From assembly GCA_038882655.1 (NCBI GenBank), contig JAVZNT010000002.1, positions 1-64,000 on the forward strand: a stretch of DNA of 64,000 bases. Reading direction: 5' to 3'. The notes under the pieces are model-generated. The model was not told the DNA's origin. It was given only the letters and a program-made list of their open reading frames with translations, and did not search any database. This DNA comes from Candidatus Bathyarchaeia archaeon. GTDB lineage: Archaea > Thermoproteota > Bathyarchaeia > Bathyarchaeales > Bathycorpusculaceae. The position numbers were made by a program, and so were the translations under genes. Of this stretch, positions 28,211-38,295 are shown in pieces (the first letter of the stretch is position 1; each line of letters starts with the position of its first letter).

Positions 28211-28609
28211 TCACTTTTTTCTAGCCCCTTCGGCGGATACGCTAAAGTATTTTTCCCAATTGAGCTGCACAATCTCTAAAATGTTTCCATCAGGGTCTGT
28301 GAAAGTGGCTTGTTTTCCACCCCAAGGTTCTTCATGCAACTCTTTGACAAACTTCACATTCTTGCTTTTTAGTTTGTTGTAAAATTTTTCAATGTCATCC
28401 ACCAAAAATTCTACAGACGGTGAAGTTGGAGCCACATGTTCTTCTTTCCTAAGTTTTGGAATCAGCCCTATCTCGACTCCGCCGCACTCGAAACCAACAT
28501 AGTTTGAATACTCATACTTTTTTTCTAAGCCGAGGATTTCCTCATAAAATTGTGCTGCTTTCTCCAAGTCTGAAACGTAAAATGTTATGCACCAAACGGT
28601 TTTAATCGT
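28211..28609 (-). CDS. VOC/glyoxalase-family protein, probable non-canonical start
   Basis: ITFYVSDLEKAAQFYEEILG, EPWGG, FTDPDGN; frame extends upstream of the TTG at 28567 to ACG 28609 behind GAGGTGA. Confidence 0.85.
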   Translation of the reverse strand, partial: TIKTVWCITFYVSDLEKAAQFYEEILGLEKKYEYSNYVGFECGGVEIGLIPKLRKEEHVAPTSPSVEFLVDDIEKFYNKLKSKNVKFVKELHEEPWGGKQATFTDPDGNILEIVQLNWEKYFSVSAEGARKK

Positions 28610-28611
28610 GT

Positions 28612-29274
28612 TTATTCACCTCTTCTTTCAGCTATGTAGCGTCCTCTCCTCTCTATTTCCCTTATTTTATCTAAAACGTTTTTCACCTCGCCAGACCCTA
28701 GAACGCCTGCGTAGCCCTCAATTATGGCGCTGAAACATTTTTCGGCAAACTGGAAATGGGTGCTTTGTAATGCTCTTTTCATAAGGTGTAAATCAACACC
28801 TCTTGCCTCAAGCTCCCACGTTTTTTCGCCAAGCCCAAAATCTACAAAGAAGATTTTCCCTTCAGGAGTTTGAATCATGTTTGAGGTTGTTAAGTCACCG
28901 TGAATTATCCCACTTTTGTGCAGTTTGCCAATCAATTCGCCTATTTTACGGCACAACATCTGCCTCGTGCTTTCAGAAATTTTGGTTAACAGCTGTTTTA
29001 CCTGCTCCCCTTTAATAAACTCCATTATAATTGTGGCATTTTTTGCATCAACTAGATAAATTGTTGGTGTAGGCACACCAGCCTTTTTTGCTTCATGCAT
29101 TAGCTGCGGCTCATGAATTGTTCTATAGGCTCTTATTTGCTCATCTAGGGCTGAAACCCTATACTTTTTTGGCAGGCGCCTCTTCATTATCACTTTTTTG
29201 CCGTGCCAATCCGCAAGGTATAGGCATGCTTCCGCTCCTTTCTTAATGAGCCTCGGCTGGCTTATGTCATCCAA
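28612..29274 (-). CDS. bud32: KEOPS kinase/ATPase Bud32
   Basis: KKGAEA, IIHGDLTTSN, DFGL, VDLHLM. Confidence 0.94.
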   Translation of the reverse strand: MDDISQPRLIKKGAEACLYLADWHGKKVIMKRRLPKKYRVSALDEQIRAYRTIHEPQLMHEAKKAGVPTPTIYLVDAKNATIIMEFIKGEQVKQLLTKISESTRQMLCRKIGELIGKLHKSGIIHGDLTTSNMIQTPEGKIFFVDFGLGEKTWELEARGVDLHLMKRALQSTHFQFAEKCFSAIIEGYAGVLGSGEVKNVLDKIREIERRGRYIAERRGE

Positions 29275-30278
29275 GGAATTTCAACCTCTTCAAGTCGCCA
29301 CCTCAGCTTTACAAAGCTTTCATGAATTGGCGTGGCAACGCCGTGGGTGAAAGCTAAGACGCCAGTCCAAGCTATCATGGCGCCGTTGTCTATTGCAAAT
29401 TGACTTGGCACAACACAGAATTTGGCATCATGCCCCTCGGCTATCGCTCTAACCATTTCCTGAAGCCTTTTGTTGGCAGCTACACCACCCGTTAACAAAA
29501 CCTCCTTCTTTCCTGTGTGGGCTAGGGCTCTTTCTGTAACTTCTGTTACCATGGAGAAGGCTGTTTCTTGGAGACTATAGCATAAGTCCTCAAGCCTTTC
29601 GCCCTTCTTCAGCAAGTTAACTGCCACCGTAAGCAAACCGCTGAAGGACATGTCCATGCCCTTCACGGTGTATGGCAGTGGAATAAACCTCCGCCCGTCC
29701 CCCGCGAGTTTTTCCACAACAGCCCCGAAGGGCTTGCCCGGTTTTTGCCTTAATCCCGCTTCTCTTGCAAACACGTCTAGGCAGTTTCCAAGGGCTATGT
29801 CTAATGTTTCGCCGAAAACTCGGTAGCGCCCAGAGTCAAAAGCCGCCACTATGGTGTTTCCGCCAGAAACATAAAGCGTGACGGGGTCAACAGCACCCGT
29901 TTTTAGTTTACCCACTTCAATATGCGCCACACAATGGTTGACGCCAACTAATGGGATACTTAAATAAGAGGCTAGGGCTCTTGCAACCGTAGCACCAGTC
30001 CTAAGGCATGGACCTAACCCCGGACCTTGTGAGAAGGCTATAACCGTTAAGTCTTTAGGTTTTATTCCAGCCTTTTGAAACGCGTCTTCAAGGACCTTGT
30101 TTGCAACTTCAGCGTGGTGTCGCGCGGCTTCCCTTGGGTGTATTCCGCCTTCTGGAGGCATGTAGGCGCTTATTACATTCGCCAAAATTTCCCCGTTAAA
30201 GGTGGCTATTCCAACGCTGAAGTCGTCTGCTGTGCTTTCAAAGCCTAGACAGTAACCTTCTCTTGTTTTTGCAAGCAC
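29262..30278 (-). CDS. kae1: tRNA N6-threonylcarbamoyltransferase Kae1
   Basis: GGIHPREAARHH, GPGLGPCL, VNHCVAHIE, YVSGGNT, DNGAMIA. Confidence 0.96.
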   Translation of the reverse strand: MLAKTREGYCLGFESTADDFSVGIATFNGEILANVISAYMPPEGGIHPREAARHHAEVANKVLEDAFQKAGIKPKDLTVIAFSQGPGLGPCLRTGATVARALASYLSIPLVGVNHCVAHIEVGKLKTGAVDPVTLYVSGGNTIVAAFDSGRYRVFGETLDIALGNCLDVFAREAGLRQKPGKPFGAVVEKLAGDGRRFIPLPYTVKGMDMSFSGLLTVAVNLLKKGERLEDLCYSLQETAFSMVTEVTERALAHTGKKEVLLTGGVAANKRLQEMVRAIAEGHDAKFCVVPSQFAIDNGAMIAWTGVLAFTHGVATPIHESFVKLRWRLEEVEIPWMT

Positions 30279-30366
30279 TGTTAGCGCCCCTTTTCCACCT
30301 AAATTATTTTATCTCTGGACACACATAATTTATTTGAGAACACCTATATATCTGCGTGAGAGGGAG

Positions 30367-30744
30367 ATGCCAAAACATAACGATTTGGAGCAAAAGGCTC
30401 TTCAAATAATAATGAGTTCTGGAAATGAGGGTCTGCCTCAGTCTGAACTATGGAGAAAACTTGGAGCCAGCAGCAGGGAAGGCTCAAGAATAGCCTTAAA
30501 ACTTGAAAGTAAGAGTTTAATACGCCGCGAAAGGGAGCTCCGCAATGGAAGATGGACGTATAGGCTTTATCCAAAGAGGCTTCCAGCATCAATAGACTCA
30601 ATAGCCGACTGCCCATGCATGATGTGTCCAGACGCATCAAGATGTGGATCCACGGGCGCAATAACGCCGCAAGGCTGTGAAAAACTGACGGATTGGCTTT
30701 TACGCCTAAGCGAAGGCGAGTACAAAATATTAGGTGACAGCTAA
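30367..30744 (+). CDS. Winged-helix protein with C-terminal Cys cluster (TFE-beta / RPC34-like)
   Basis: GLPQSELWRKL..SREGSR wHTH; PCMMC-x5-C-x10-C..LTDW four-Cys motif like crenarchaeal TFE-beta; likely ATG 30367. Confidence 0.72.
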   Translation: MPKHNDLEQKALQIIMSSGNEGLPQSELWRKLGASSREGSRIALKLESKSLIRRERELRNGRWTYRLYPKRLPASIDSIADCPCMMCPDASRCGSTGAITPQGCEKLTDWLLRLSEGEYKILGDS

Positions 30745-30746
30745 TT

Positions 30747-31355
30747 TTGCCTAAAGCATGGATACAAGAACGCAAAAGAGACTACTATTATAGAAAAGCA
30801 AAAGAAGAGAAATACCGTTCAAGGGCAGCCTACAAGCTTTCCCAAGCCGTAGAAAAGTACCACTTCATCAAGGATGGCGATGTTGTTGTCGACCTGGGCG
30901 CCGCCCCAGGCGGATGGACACAAGCCGCAAGAAAAATTGTTGGGACAAAAGGCTTTGTTTTGGGAGCAGACATAAAACCAATTGAACCGTTTCCGGAGAG
31001 AAACATTAGAACCATAATATGTGACATAACAGAACACGACGCCACGAAACAAATTTTGGAGATGTTGCCTAGAAAAGCAGACGCCGTTATTTCGGATGTT
31101 TCGCCAAGCATTTCTGGAGTATGGGAGCTTGACCATGCTCGCCAAATAGACCTTGCACAAAAGGCACTTGAAATAGCCTTAGAAACCTTAAAGCCTAACG
31201 GAAACTTTTTTGTAAAAATTTTCCAAGGGGACATGCTAAACGACTTCATAAGCATGGTTAAACAACACTTCAAGGATGTAAAAATAATAAAGCCTAAGGC
31301 AAGCAGAGCAAAAAGCTCTGAAATTTTCATTTTAGGAATTGGCTTGAAGGGCTGA
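30747..31355 (+). CDS. rlmE: 23S rRNA 2'-O-methyltransferase RlmE/FtsJ
   Basis: YRSRAAYKL, DLGAAPGGW, KIFQG, KPKASR..SSE. Confidence 0.94.
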   Translation: MPKAWIQERKRDYYYRKAKEEKYRSRAAYKLSQAVEKYHFIKDGDVVVDLGAAPGGWTQAARKIVGTKGFVLGADIKPIEPFPERNIRTIICDITEHDATKQILEMLPRKADAVISDVSPSISGVWELDHARQIDLAQKALEIALETLKPNGNFFVKIFQGDMLNDFISMVKQHFKDVKIIKPKASRAKSSEIFILGIGLKG

Positions 31356-31398
31356 TGAACGGTAGAGCTAAATCCACTTAGAACCCATTTCATAAGAG

Positions 31399-32103
31399 GT
31401 GAAATGTTTGAACATCATTGCTGCCGACTCCTCGGCTGCCATTTTAAATGAAAAATTTGAACCCATACATATTGTGGCTACTGCGGCCGTCTTGGTTAAG
31501 CCGCCTTACAGAGAGCCAAGCGAGTGTCTGGCTGAGGCGGTCTTTGCAGATGCTGAAGATAGCCACGAAGTTATAGTGCGGGAGGCAGAACTATGCAAAC
31601 AGCTAGTCGCAAAAGTAGGGGCCGACGTGGTGCATCTTGACATATCGCTAGGAGCCATCTCTCTCGAGCAGCTTTCACCCATACAGTTTTCAAACTTGAA
31701 AATTTCCAGTAAGGCGAAAAGCAACTTAATAAAAATTCTTCCAAGGCTTAGAAAAATCGCGGGTGAAATTACACAAAAATATGGTGTTGAGACCTTGGCA
31801 ATAGGGAAGGACAGCATCCCTGTAAGAGTAGCGGAACTCACCGCCGGAGCCCACGCCATAATATACGCATCTGAAAAAGCTGTAAAGGAAAAAAGTACAG
31901 TAATGCTTGGTTTACCGCTAAAGTGCCAACCAAGGTTTATTGAAAACAAAGTTTATGTTAATTCATTGATGGCTGCTGAACATGATGTAAAAGGATACGC
32001 AATCGACAACAGAGAAGCCCTAAAAAAGGTTAATATCATAGAGATTTTAAATCCAGTTGCAAGGGGATTTCGAACACTAAAGATAACACCGGAAAGGATT
32101 TAG
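31399..32103 (+). CDS. Conserved archaeal protein (DUF4152-like)
   Basis: IIAADS.AAIL, VVHLD, AIGKDSIPVRVAE, NPVARGF. Confidence 0.7.
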   Translation: MKCLNIIAADSSAAILNEKFEPIHIVATAAVLVKPPYREPSECLAEAVFADAEDSHEVIVREAELCKQLVAKVGADVVHLDISLGAISLEQLSPIQFSNLKISSKAKSNLIKILPRLRKIAGEITQKYGVETLAIGKDSIPVRVAELTAGAHAIIYASEKAVKEKSTVMLGLPLKCQPRFIENKVYVNSLMAAEHDVKGYAIDNREALKKVNIIEILNPVARGFRTLKITPERI

Positions 32104-32104
32104 A

Positions 32105-32779
32105 ATGGCAAGCAAAGTTAGAGATAGCCAACAAATACCAGTCAGCGAAGCTTTACTAGCTGTGATTGCAAGTCTTTTGCTTTCACTTTTTCTGGCCGGA
32201 TTAATTGCTAGTTTAAATTACGGCATCGCAATGGTTGTTGCAGAACTGCTTCTCGCGGCTGTTCCCCTCGGATACATGCTTTCAAAGAAAATAGACATTA
32301 AAAAATACATTAGGCTTGAACTTAACCCCCGAAATATTTTATTAGGCGTAGCTGTCGGCTTTATTCTTGTATATTTCGATTTCCTCATAGTGATCGCATT
32401 AACCTCATTATTTGGCCCAAGCAAAGTTGTTGAAGAAAGCAACAGACGAATAGCTGAAATGACCAGCTCCGTTGATGGACTAATTTTTGTTGCCGCTACC
32501 TTAATTTCGGCGGGGATATGTGAAGAGTTCACTTTTAGGGGCTTTTTGCAAACTGCTATGAGTGGTAAGTATCCGTCATGGATAGCTTTAGTCGCATCTG
32601 CCTTTGCGTTCGGCCTTCTTCTTCACTTTGACCCGCAAGGAGTCTACATAATTGCCGCGTTTCTCATAGGACTCGCAGTAGGTCTTGTCTATCAGTGGCT
32701 ACGTTCTTACACCATCTGCGCAATTGCCCATGCAACACTGAACCTCATAATTCTAGCATTATCGCTTCTCCAACGATAA
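32105..32779 (+). CDS. CPBP (CAAX/Abi) intramembrane metalloprotease
   Basis: EEFTFRG, FGLLLH, HATLN. Confidence 0.88.
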   Translation: MASKVRDSQQIPVSEALLAVIASLLLSLFLAGLIASLNYGIAMVVAELLLAAVPLGYMLSKKIDIKKYIRLELNPRNILLGVAVGFILVYFDFLIVIALTSLFGPSKVVEESNRRIAEMTSSVDGLIFVAATLISAGICEEFTFRGFLQTAMSGKYPSWIALVASAFAFGLLLHFDPQGVYIIAAFLIGLAVGLVYQWLRSYTICAIAHATLNLIILALSLLQR

Positions 32780-33646
32780 ATTTCCAGTTCGTATTTTCTT
32801 GGCTTCAAGGCTTACATCTAACGCTTTTGGGCTGTCAGTTATTTCCCCTAGGCTTACAATGTCTACTCCAGTTGACGCATACGCAACAACATTTTCGGCG
32901 GTTATTCCTCCGCTTGCCTCTAACAAAACTTTTTCTAAAAAGCCAGCTTTTTTCAATTTTTCAACAGCCCTTTTTATTTGATTTGGCGAAAAATTATCAA
33001 GCATTATTATATCCGCTCTGGCTTCCGCCGCTGCTAAAGCCTCCTCGATGTTTGACACTTCAACTTCAACCTTCTTGCTGAAGGAGGCCTTTTCCTTGGC
33101 GGTTTTAACAGCCTTTTCAACGCCTCCGGCGATTTTAATGTGATTGTCTTTTATCAGAATCATGTCGTCCAAATGAAGCCTATGAGTGTCGCCTCCGCCA
33201 AGCAAAACTGCCTTCTTATCAAAGTACAGCAGTCCGGGTGCGGTTTTTCGCGTACACGCAACTATGGTTTTGTATCCCGCCTTCCTAATTTTCTTAACGA
33301 TTTTTCGTGTGGTTGTAGCTATGCCACTCATTCTGGAAACAATGTTTAGAAGTGTTCTCTCCACAGCCAATATTGCTCTGGCATCGCCATAAATTTTCAT
33401 CAACACCTGCTTTGGCTTTATTTCTTCTCCGTCTTTAACTAGAACCTCAAATTTTAAGCCTAGACTTTCAAGGAGAACTTTAGCTTCTTCGATTCCAGCA
33501 GCTACGCCGTCCTCTTTCGCGATTATTGCGGCTTCTGCGTTGCATCCTTCCGGAACTGTAAGGGCTGAAGTTACATCGCCTTGACCGACATCCTCAGCTA
33601 GCATTTGCTTGAGTTTTTTCTCCAAAATTTTTCTCGGCAAGAACAT
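32759..33646 (-). CDS. nadC: Nicotinate-nucleotide diphosphorylase (quinolinate PRTase)
   Basis: EDVGQGDVT, CTRKTAPG, HRLHLDD..IKDNH, MLDN, EASGG; likely ATG 33646. Confidence 0.95.
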   Translation of the reverse strand: MFLPRKILEKKLKQMLAEDVGQGDVTSALTVPEGCNAEAAIIAKEDGVAAGIEEAKVLLESLGLKFEVLVKDGEEIKPKQVLMKIYGDARAILAVERTLLNIVSRMSGIATTTRKIVKKIRKAGYKTIVACTRKTAPGLLYFDKKAVLLGGGDTHRLHLDDMILIKDNHIKIAGGVEKAVKTAKEKASFSKKVEVEVSNIEEALAAAEARADIIMLDNFSPNQIKRAVEKLKKAGFLEKVLLEASGGITAENVVAYASTGVDIVSLGEITDSPKALDVSLEAKKIRTGNLSLEKR

Positions 33647-33696
33647 ATTTCCAACTTTACATTTGAAACTTAAAAAGCATTTACCCCTCAAGCCAT

Positions 33697-34875
33697 CTAA
33701 CTTTTGTTTGCCATTTCAGTTATCACGTTGACAGCATTTTCCAATCCATCATATTTCAAAAATTCAGCTTGCGTTTGCCCAAGTTTTTCCACGTTATTCG
33801 CCGTGAGGGTTTGCTCAACTGTTTTGAGTAGTTTGTTTAGGCTCAAATTTTCTTGTTGGATAACTTTTGCAACGCCGAGTTTCTTGGCTTGGACAGCGTT
33901 GTTTATTTGTTCCGTATGGTTTGGCGTGGGCACCAGAATCATGGGTTTGCCATAACACATGCACTGAGTTATTGTGCCATGCCCGGCTCGACTTATAACC
34001 AGGTCACAAGCCTTTAAGTATTCGAAACGATTTGGAATCCACTTATAAATTGTCAGGTTACCATAGCGTATAGGATTAGTATCCGCGTTTGGATAACCCA
34101 TCGACAAAACAATTTCATAATCCTTTGGAAACCTCATCAGGATTTTCCTTAAAATTCCAATAAAAAACGCCTTCTCCTTTACACTGCCGCTGATGGGCAC
34201 AAAAATGACAGGCTTATTTTGAGGCATATTCAACATTTTTCGGATTCCCTTTTTATCTGGCAATTTCTCCGGGTGAACCGGCAAAATGGGTCCTATAAGA
34301 TGGACTCGCTTCTGATAAACCTTTGGAATGTTCAAGTTGCCAGCACAAACCGTGTATGGTTGGGGGAAATCCGGTATCAAAACCATGTCTCCAGTCGTCC
34401 AGACTTTTCCAATAAGTGTTAAAGTAACGGAGTCCGCAAATCTAGCCAACCTTAGAAAGCGTTTTTTCCGAGGAATTATTGGTTGGAACTGGTTTAGAAT
34501 ACAGATTCTAGGCTTTCTTAGGATTCTTGCGGCTAACAGAGTGGAAGCACGGGAATCCGAAACCACAACATCAGGGTTAAAACTTTCAATCGCGTACAAT
34601 TCGGCATTAACCTGTCTCATAAAGGTGAAAGACGCAAGAAATGGACCAGGGTTAACGGCTGTTTGCTTAAAATCTATTGTTCCGTCAGGTCTTACTTGGA
34701 AGCCTATTGGTGGTGCCTTAAACAAAGGGAAGTTTTCCCGCTGAATGTATGGAATTCCTTCGCGATATGTTGAAAACATCACGCTGGCATTTTTCTCTAA
34801 AAATCTCTTGGCGATTGGAACGCACCTCCCAACATGTCCTAGCCCTATTCCACATGGGGCAAAGTAAATTCGCAT
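33697..34875 (-). CDS. GT-B glycosyltransferase (GT28/MurG-like)
   Basis: GIGLGHVGR, ISRAGHGT, HTEQINNA; likely ATG 34875. Confidence 0.85.
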   Translation of the reverse strand: MRIYFAPCGIGLGHVGRCVPIAKRFLEKNASVMFSTYREGIPYIQRENFPLFKAPPIGFQVRPDGTIDFKQTAVNPGPFLASFTFMRQVNAELYAIESFNPDVVVSDSRASTLLAARILRKPRICILNQFQPIIPRKKRFLRLARFADSVTLTLIGKVWTTGDMVLIPDFPQPYTVCAGNLNIPKVYQKRVHLIGPILPVHPEKLPDKKGIRKMLNMPQNKPVIFVPISGSVKEKAFFIGILRKILMRFPKDYEIVLSMGYPNADTNPIRYGNLTIYKWIPNRFEYLKACDLVISRAGHGTITQCMCYGKPMILVPTPNHTEQINNAVQAKKLGVAKVIQQENLSLNKLLKTVEQTLTANNVEKLGQTQAEFLKYDGLENAVNVITEMANKS

Positions 34876-35024
34876 AGCTACTTCCCTAGAAACTTTGAGG
34901 TTTGCAAGGCTTGTGTGCTGCAAAGAGACATGCTCAACGTATCTTTTTTGGAAGCATCTTTTTAAAAAGTTTTGCAGCGGTTTAAAAGTGTTATAAAGCT
35001 GTAATAAAAAGATAGGGAGATGGT

Positions 35025-35594
35025 TTATTTCCTGGTTTTCGAAGGTTGTTGGACAATTTTCTTATGATAAATTTTAGCAGCGACACAAAGGGCAGCGGCT
35101 ATCAAGGCAAGCCAGAAAACCCATGTGAAACCAGCTGTGATTGGCGCTATTATTTCTATAGCACCTAAATTCAAAGTGGTTGTGGAGGTTCCGTTTATTG
35201 GTATATTTATTTTCAGCATTGCTTGCACAGCGTATGAAACCCCGATTATGAAGACTGAGAAAATTATTACCGTGATTAATGGTTTTTTGTAAGCAAATCC
35301 CAACAAATGCTTGGAGTAGTTTTTCTCTGGAAGAACAGAGTAAACTATTATCGCAATCGCGCTGGCGATGAAAGATAATTGACATGAAAGGTTTATGAAG
35401 AATATAAGTGGGATTCCCATTGATGAACCCAAAATGGTAGAACTGAAACTTAGGGGTGAAATACCAGCATACCCCAAATCTTCGCCGATCGAGAGTTGCC
35501 ACCATGGAGAGGCATAAATTAAAGCGAGAGCCACAAGAGTTAATGTAGCTATTCCTCCGGCCAATCCGAACCAGTTTATTTTTTTAAGGTTCAC
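35025..35594 (-). CDS. Hypothetical membrane protein (4 TM)
   Basis: Hydrophobic segments, basic C-terminal tail, SD-like GGAGAGAGG upstream. Confidence 0.7.
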   Translation of the reverse strand: MNLKKINWFGLAGGIATLTLVALALIYASPWWQLSIGEDLGYAGISPLSFSSTILGSSMGIPLIFFINLSCQLSFIASAIAIIVYSVLPEKNYSKHLLGFAYKKPLITVIIFSVFIIGVSYAVQAMLKINIPINGTSTTTLNLGAIEIIAPITAGFTWVFWLALIAAALCVAAKIYHKKIVQQPSKTRK

Positions 35595-35609
35595 GCATCT
35601 CCTCTCCTT

Positions 35610-36122
35610 TTAAGGAATAGTTGCCGGAATGGGGATTGCTTCGACCGCGATGCTTTGCTTATAATGTATTTCAACACCTTGCATGGTAAGTCTTATGTCA
35701 CGCAGTTCGATACTTACATTAGTCTCCCCTGGATGATTGTTTATAAAGTGTGACAGTGCTTCATTGTTGAAGTTTAAGATCAGCGTGATTTTTGAGATGG
35801 ATTTTGGTGATATACTAACAGCACTTTTTTCACGGGCAGTTCCTAGACGAAAATTATGTTCGGTACAGTAAATGTCTCCGTCGATTGAGTTGATTTCCAA
35901 ATGAACGTCGTATGGGTTTTTGAAATTAAATTGCAGCGCAATTTTGCCATCTGTGATGCTATAATTCAAATACTCGATTTCAGGCGTACCTTCTATGAAG
36001 TAGCTAAAGTTTTCGGGAATTATTAAAGCCAGCAAGTTATCACTGTGTAAAAGCAGCGCTCCACCAATTGGACCAACAAAAAGTATAATTGAAATTGCAA
36101 AAAGAATCCATTTGATTGGCAT
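35610..36122 (-). CDS. Membrane-anchored LEA_2/WHy-like protein
   Basis: N-terminal TM; FNFKNPYDVHLEI WHy-like motif; likely ATG 36122. Confidence 0.6.
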   Translation of the reverse strand: MPIKWILFAISIILFVGPIGGALLLHSDNLLALIIPENFSYFIEGTPEIEYLNYSITDGKIALQFNFKNPYDVHLEINSIDGDIYCTEHNFRLGTAREKSAVSISPKSISKITLILNFNNEALSHFINNHPGETNVSIELRDIRLTMQGVEIHYKQSIAVEAIPIPATIP

Positions 36123-36233
36123 CCTTCTCTCCTCCTTGAGGCTTATTTGTTCAACAATCTTACGTATATTATTTTTGATTTCTAATGGACGATGGTTTGA
36201 CACGGGCGTGTACCCTAAAATGCGCAAAGTGTT

Positions 36234-36875
36234 TTAGGGCTTTTCTCCCTTCCTCATGTCTATTATGCGAACACTTCCATTTGGGCTGTCTTCTTGTGCA
36301 ATTATGCAGCTAAACTTGTAGACTTTAGTACCCTTCATTAGCCAACAATCTGGCGGTAACCCGGCCTTTAAACAACATTGGCACAGGAACTCTTCTTCAT
36401 TCCAGTCCCATTCCACAGGCACTCGCGGCAGAAGAAGCCCTTTGTAAATTCCCCTTTCAACAATTAGCCCGTCCACACCAACCTTGATTTTTGATGGATA
36501 CTCGTTTGGCTTTTCAACTTCAACAAGTTGTGGAGGGGTTAATACACTTATCTCAAAAACAACTTTGTCTAATTCGCTTAGGGAGAGGGGATAAAATCTT
36601 GGGTCTTGGGTTGCTGAGCTTATGGCAGATTCTATAACTGCTTGTGCCAGCGGTGTTGTCGGATAAGGAAGCCCAATGCATCCTCGCAGTTCCCTTTCTT
36701 CCCCTTCAATGCTGTTTATTGTTACGAACACGCCACATGATAGCATCAATTTTTCCGGTATGTCTTCTGGGACGCGTATGCGCTTTTTCGTTTTTAGGTA
36801 TTCCTCTACAGCGTTGCGGGCAAGTCTAACGAGAGTTTTACCCTCTTCTAGGCTTAAGTCGAAAGACAAGTGCAT
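36234..36875 (-). CDS. AMMECR1-family protein (TIGR00296)
   Basis: GVFVT, LRGCIG, DPRF, EISVL, GLLLP, KAGL. Confidence 0.93.
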   Translation of the reverse strand: MHLSFDLSLEEGKTLVRLARNAVEEYLKTKKRIRVPEDIPEKLMLSCGVFVTINSIEGEERELRGCIGLPYPTTPLAQAVIESAISSATQDPRFYPLSLSELDKVVFEISVLTPPQLVEVEKPNEYPSKIKVGVDGLIVERGIYKGLLLPRVPVEWDWNEEEFLCQCCLKAGLPPDCWLMKGTKVYKFSCIIAQEDSPNGSVRIIDMRKGEKP

Positions 36876-36906
36876 TTATCCCCGAGTTTTGATGGGTTGG
36901 TTCTGC

Positions 36907-37527
36907 TTAGAATTTTATTGATTCCTCGCGGGTTCCATCCTTTGTTATGAATAGGAAGTCTATGCCGTCGCCGCTCATTATATCTCTGCTTATGGCGGAT
37001 TTTATCGCCCTTATGACGAGCTCCCTGCCTTCCTCCATGCTTAAGCCTTCCCTATAACTTTCCTCGAGGACGCCCATGGCAATTTCTGTGCCAGAACCCA
37101 CAACGGCGAACTTGTCGGGTATAACTGAGCCTAAAACGTCTAACACATAAAGTGAGGCTCCTTCTTTATCTATTCCGCCAACAATTGTCTGGGTTATGAG
37201 TGGCGCCAGCCTATTGGCAAAGAGCAAGTTTGACATAAGTTTGGCGGCTGACTTGACAGATATCGGTCTTCCAACATCCATGTTATACAGATTTGCATAA
37301 GCTTCAACTTCACGTACTAGAATCTGCATGTCTGAAACCAGCCCGGCGCACGCGGCGCCAATATGGTCTGTTATTTTGAAGACCTTTTTTCCGCCTCTGC
37401 TTACGACTAGGTATCCATATGAGACTCGTTTTTCAGAGGCGAGGATGACGCTGTCTTTGCACACTATGCCCACGGTTGTTGCTCCTGGAATCCATAAGTA
37501 TTGGGGCATTTGCCCTTCCTTTTCCAC
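36907..37527 (-). CDS. psmB: Proteasome beta subunit (Thr1 position is Ala)
   Basis: PGATTVGI, ASEKR, AGLVSD, GSG, RDIMSGDG; start GTG 37527 or ATG 37509. Confidence 0.9.
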   Translation of the reverse strand: MEKEGQMPQYLWIPGATTVGIVCKDSVILASEKRVSYGYLVVSRGGKKVFKITDHIGAACAGLVSDMQILVREVEAYANLYNMDVGRPISVKSAAKLMSNLLFANRLAPLITQTIVGGIDKEGASLYVLDVLGSVIPDKFAVVGSGTEIAMGVLEESYREGLSMEEGRELVIRAIKSAISRDIMSGDGIDFLFITKDGTREESIKF

Positions 37528-37643
37528 GCTGTTTTCACCTTTCCACGTGATATGCGAGCACAACCTATTAAACTTAATGTCTCCCAAACTCTGCAAAGCT
37601 AAATAGCCACCAGTACCATAGCAGTACTGAGAAGGGGGAGAAA

Positions 37644-38246
37644 ATGATAAACTTGTACGCAAAGCTCCACGACGATGTATGGTTTGGCGTGGCATGTAAC
37701 TACAAAAGTATTTTCGCCACTGCATTTGCGCCAAACCAAGGAATGGTTTTCCGTAGTTTGTTAAGGAGCATCCCGTTTAATGTTCCCTTTCAATGTTCTA
37801 AAGAAGGCATGTTTCTAGCCGATCAAGTGGTTTCCACACTAAGAGACATTTACAATGGAAAAGCCGCGCACAACAAGTTTTCCTTAAACATGGAATCTTT
37901 GTCCAAATATATGCAAAAGGTTCTAAGAGCTACTGCCCATATTCCAGTTGGCTACGTGACTTCTTATGGATTAATTGCGAAGGTTGCTGGCGGAAGCCCA
38001 AGGGCTGTTGGACGGGCTATGGCTTTAAACCCATTTCCGCTGCTAATTCCATGCCATAGAGTTGTGGCTTCAGACCTTTCTCTAGGCGGGTATGGCGGAG
38101 GCTTAAAGGTTAAGCTGGAGATATTGAGACGCGAAAAGAGGGGGCACAGCGAGGGGCGAGAAATACCTGTAGACAGGGGAATACTGAAGATTTTCCCGGT
38201 TGAGCTTGTCCTAGAAAAGGTTTTGAAGAAAGCGATAAAGGTTTAA
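37644..38246 (+). CDS. ogt: Methylated-DNA-protein-cysteine methyltransferase
   Basis: IPVGYVTSYG, RAVG, NP..IPCHRV, GGYGGG. Confidence 0.92.
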   Translation: MINLYAKLHDDVWFGVACNYKSIFATAFAPNQGMVFRSLLRSIPFNVPFQCSKEGMFLADQVVSTLRDIYNGKAAHNKFSLNMESLSKYMQKVLRATAHIPVGYVTSYGLIAKVAGGSPRAVGRAMALNPFPLLIPCHRVVASDLSLGGYGGGLKVKLEILRREKRGHSEGREIPVDRGILKIFPVELVLEKVLKKAIKV

Positions 38247-38295
38247 ACGTAAATAATAAAAGCCTAATGACCGAATCTAGTGAAAGAGTGGTTTC

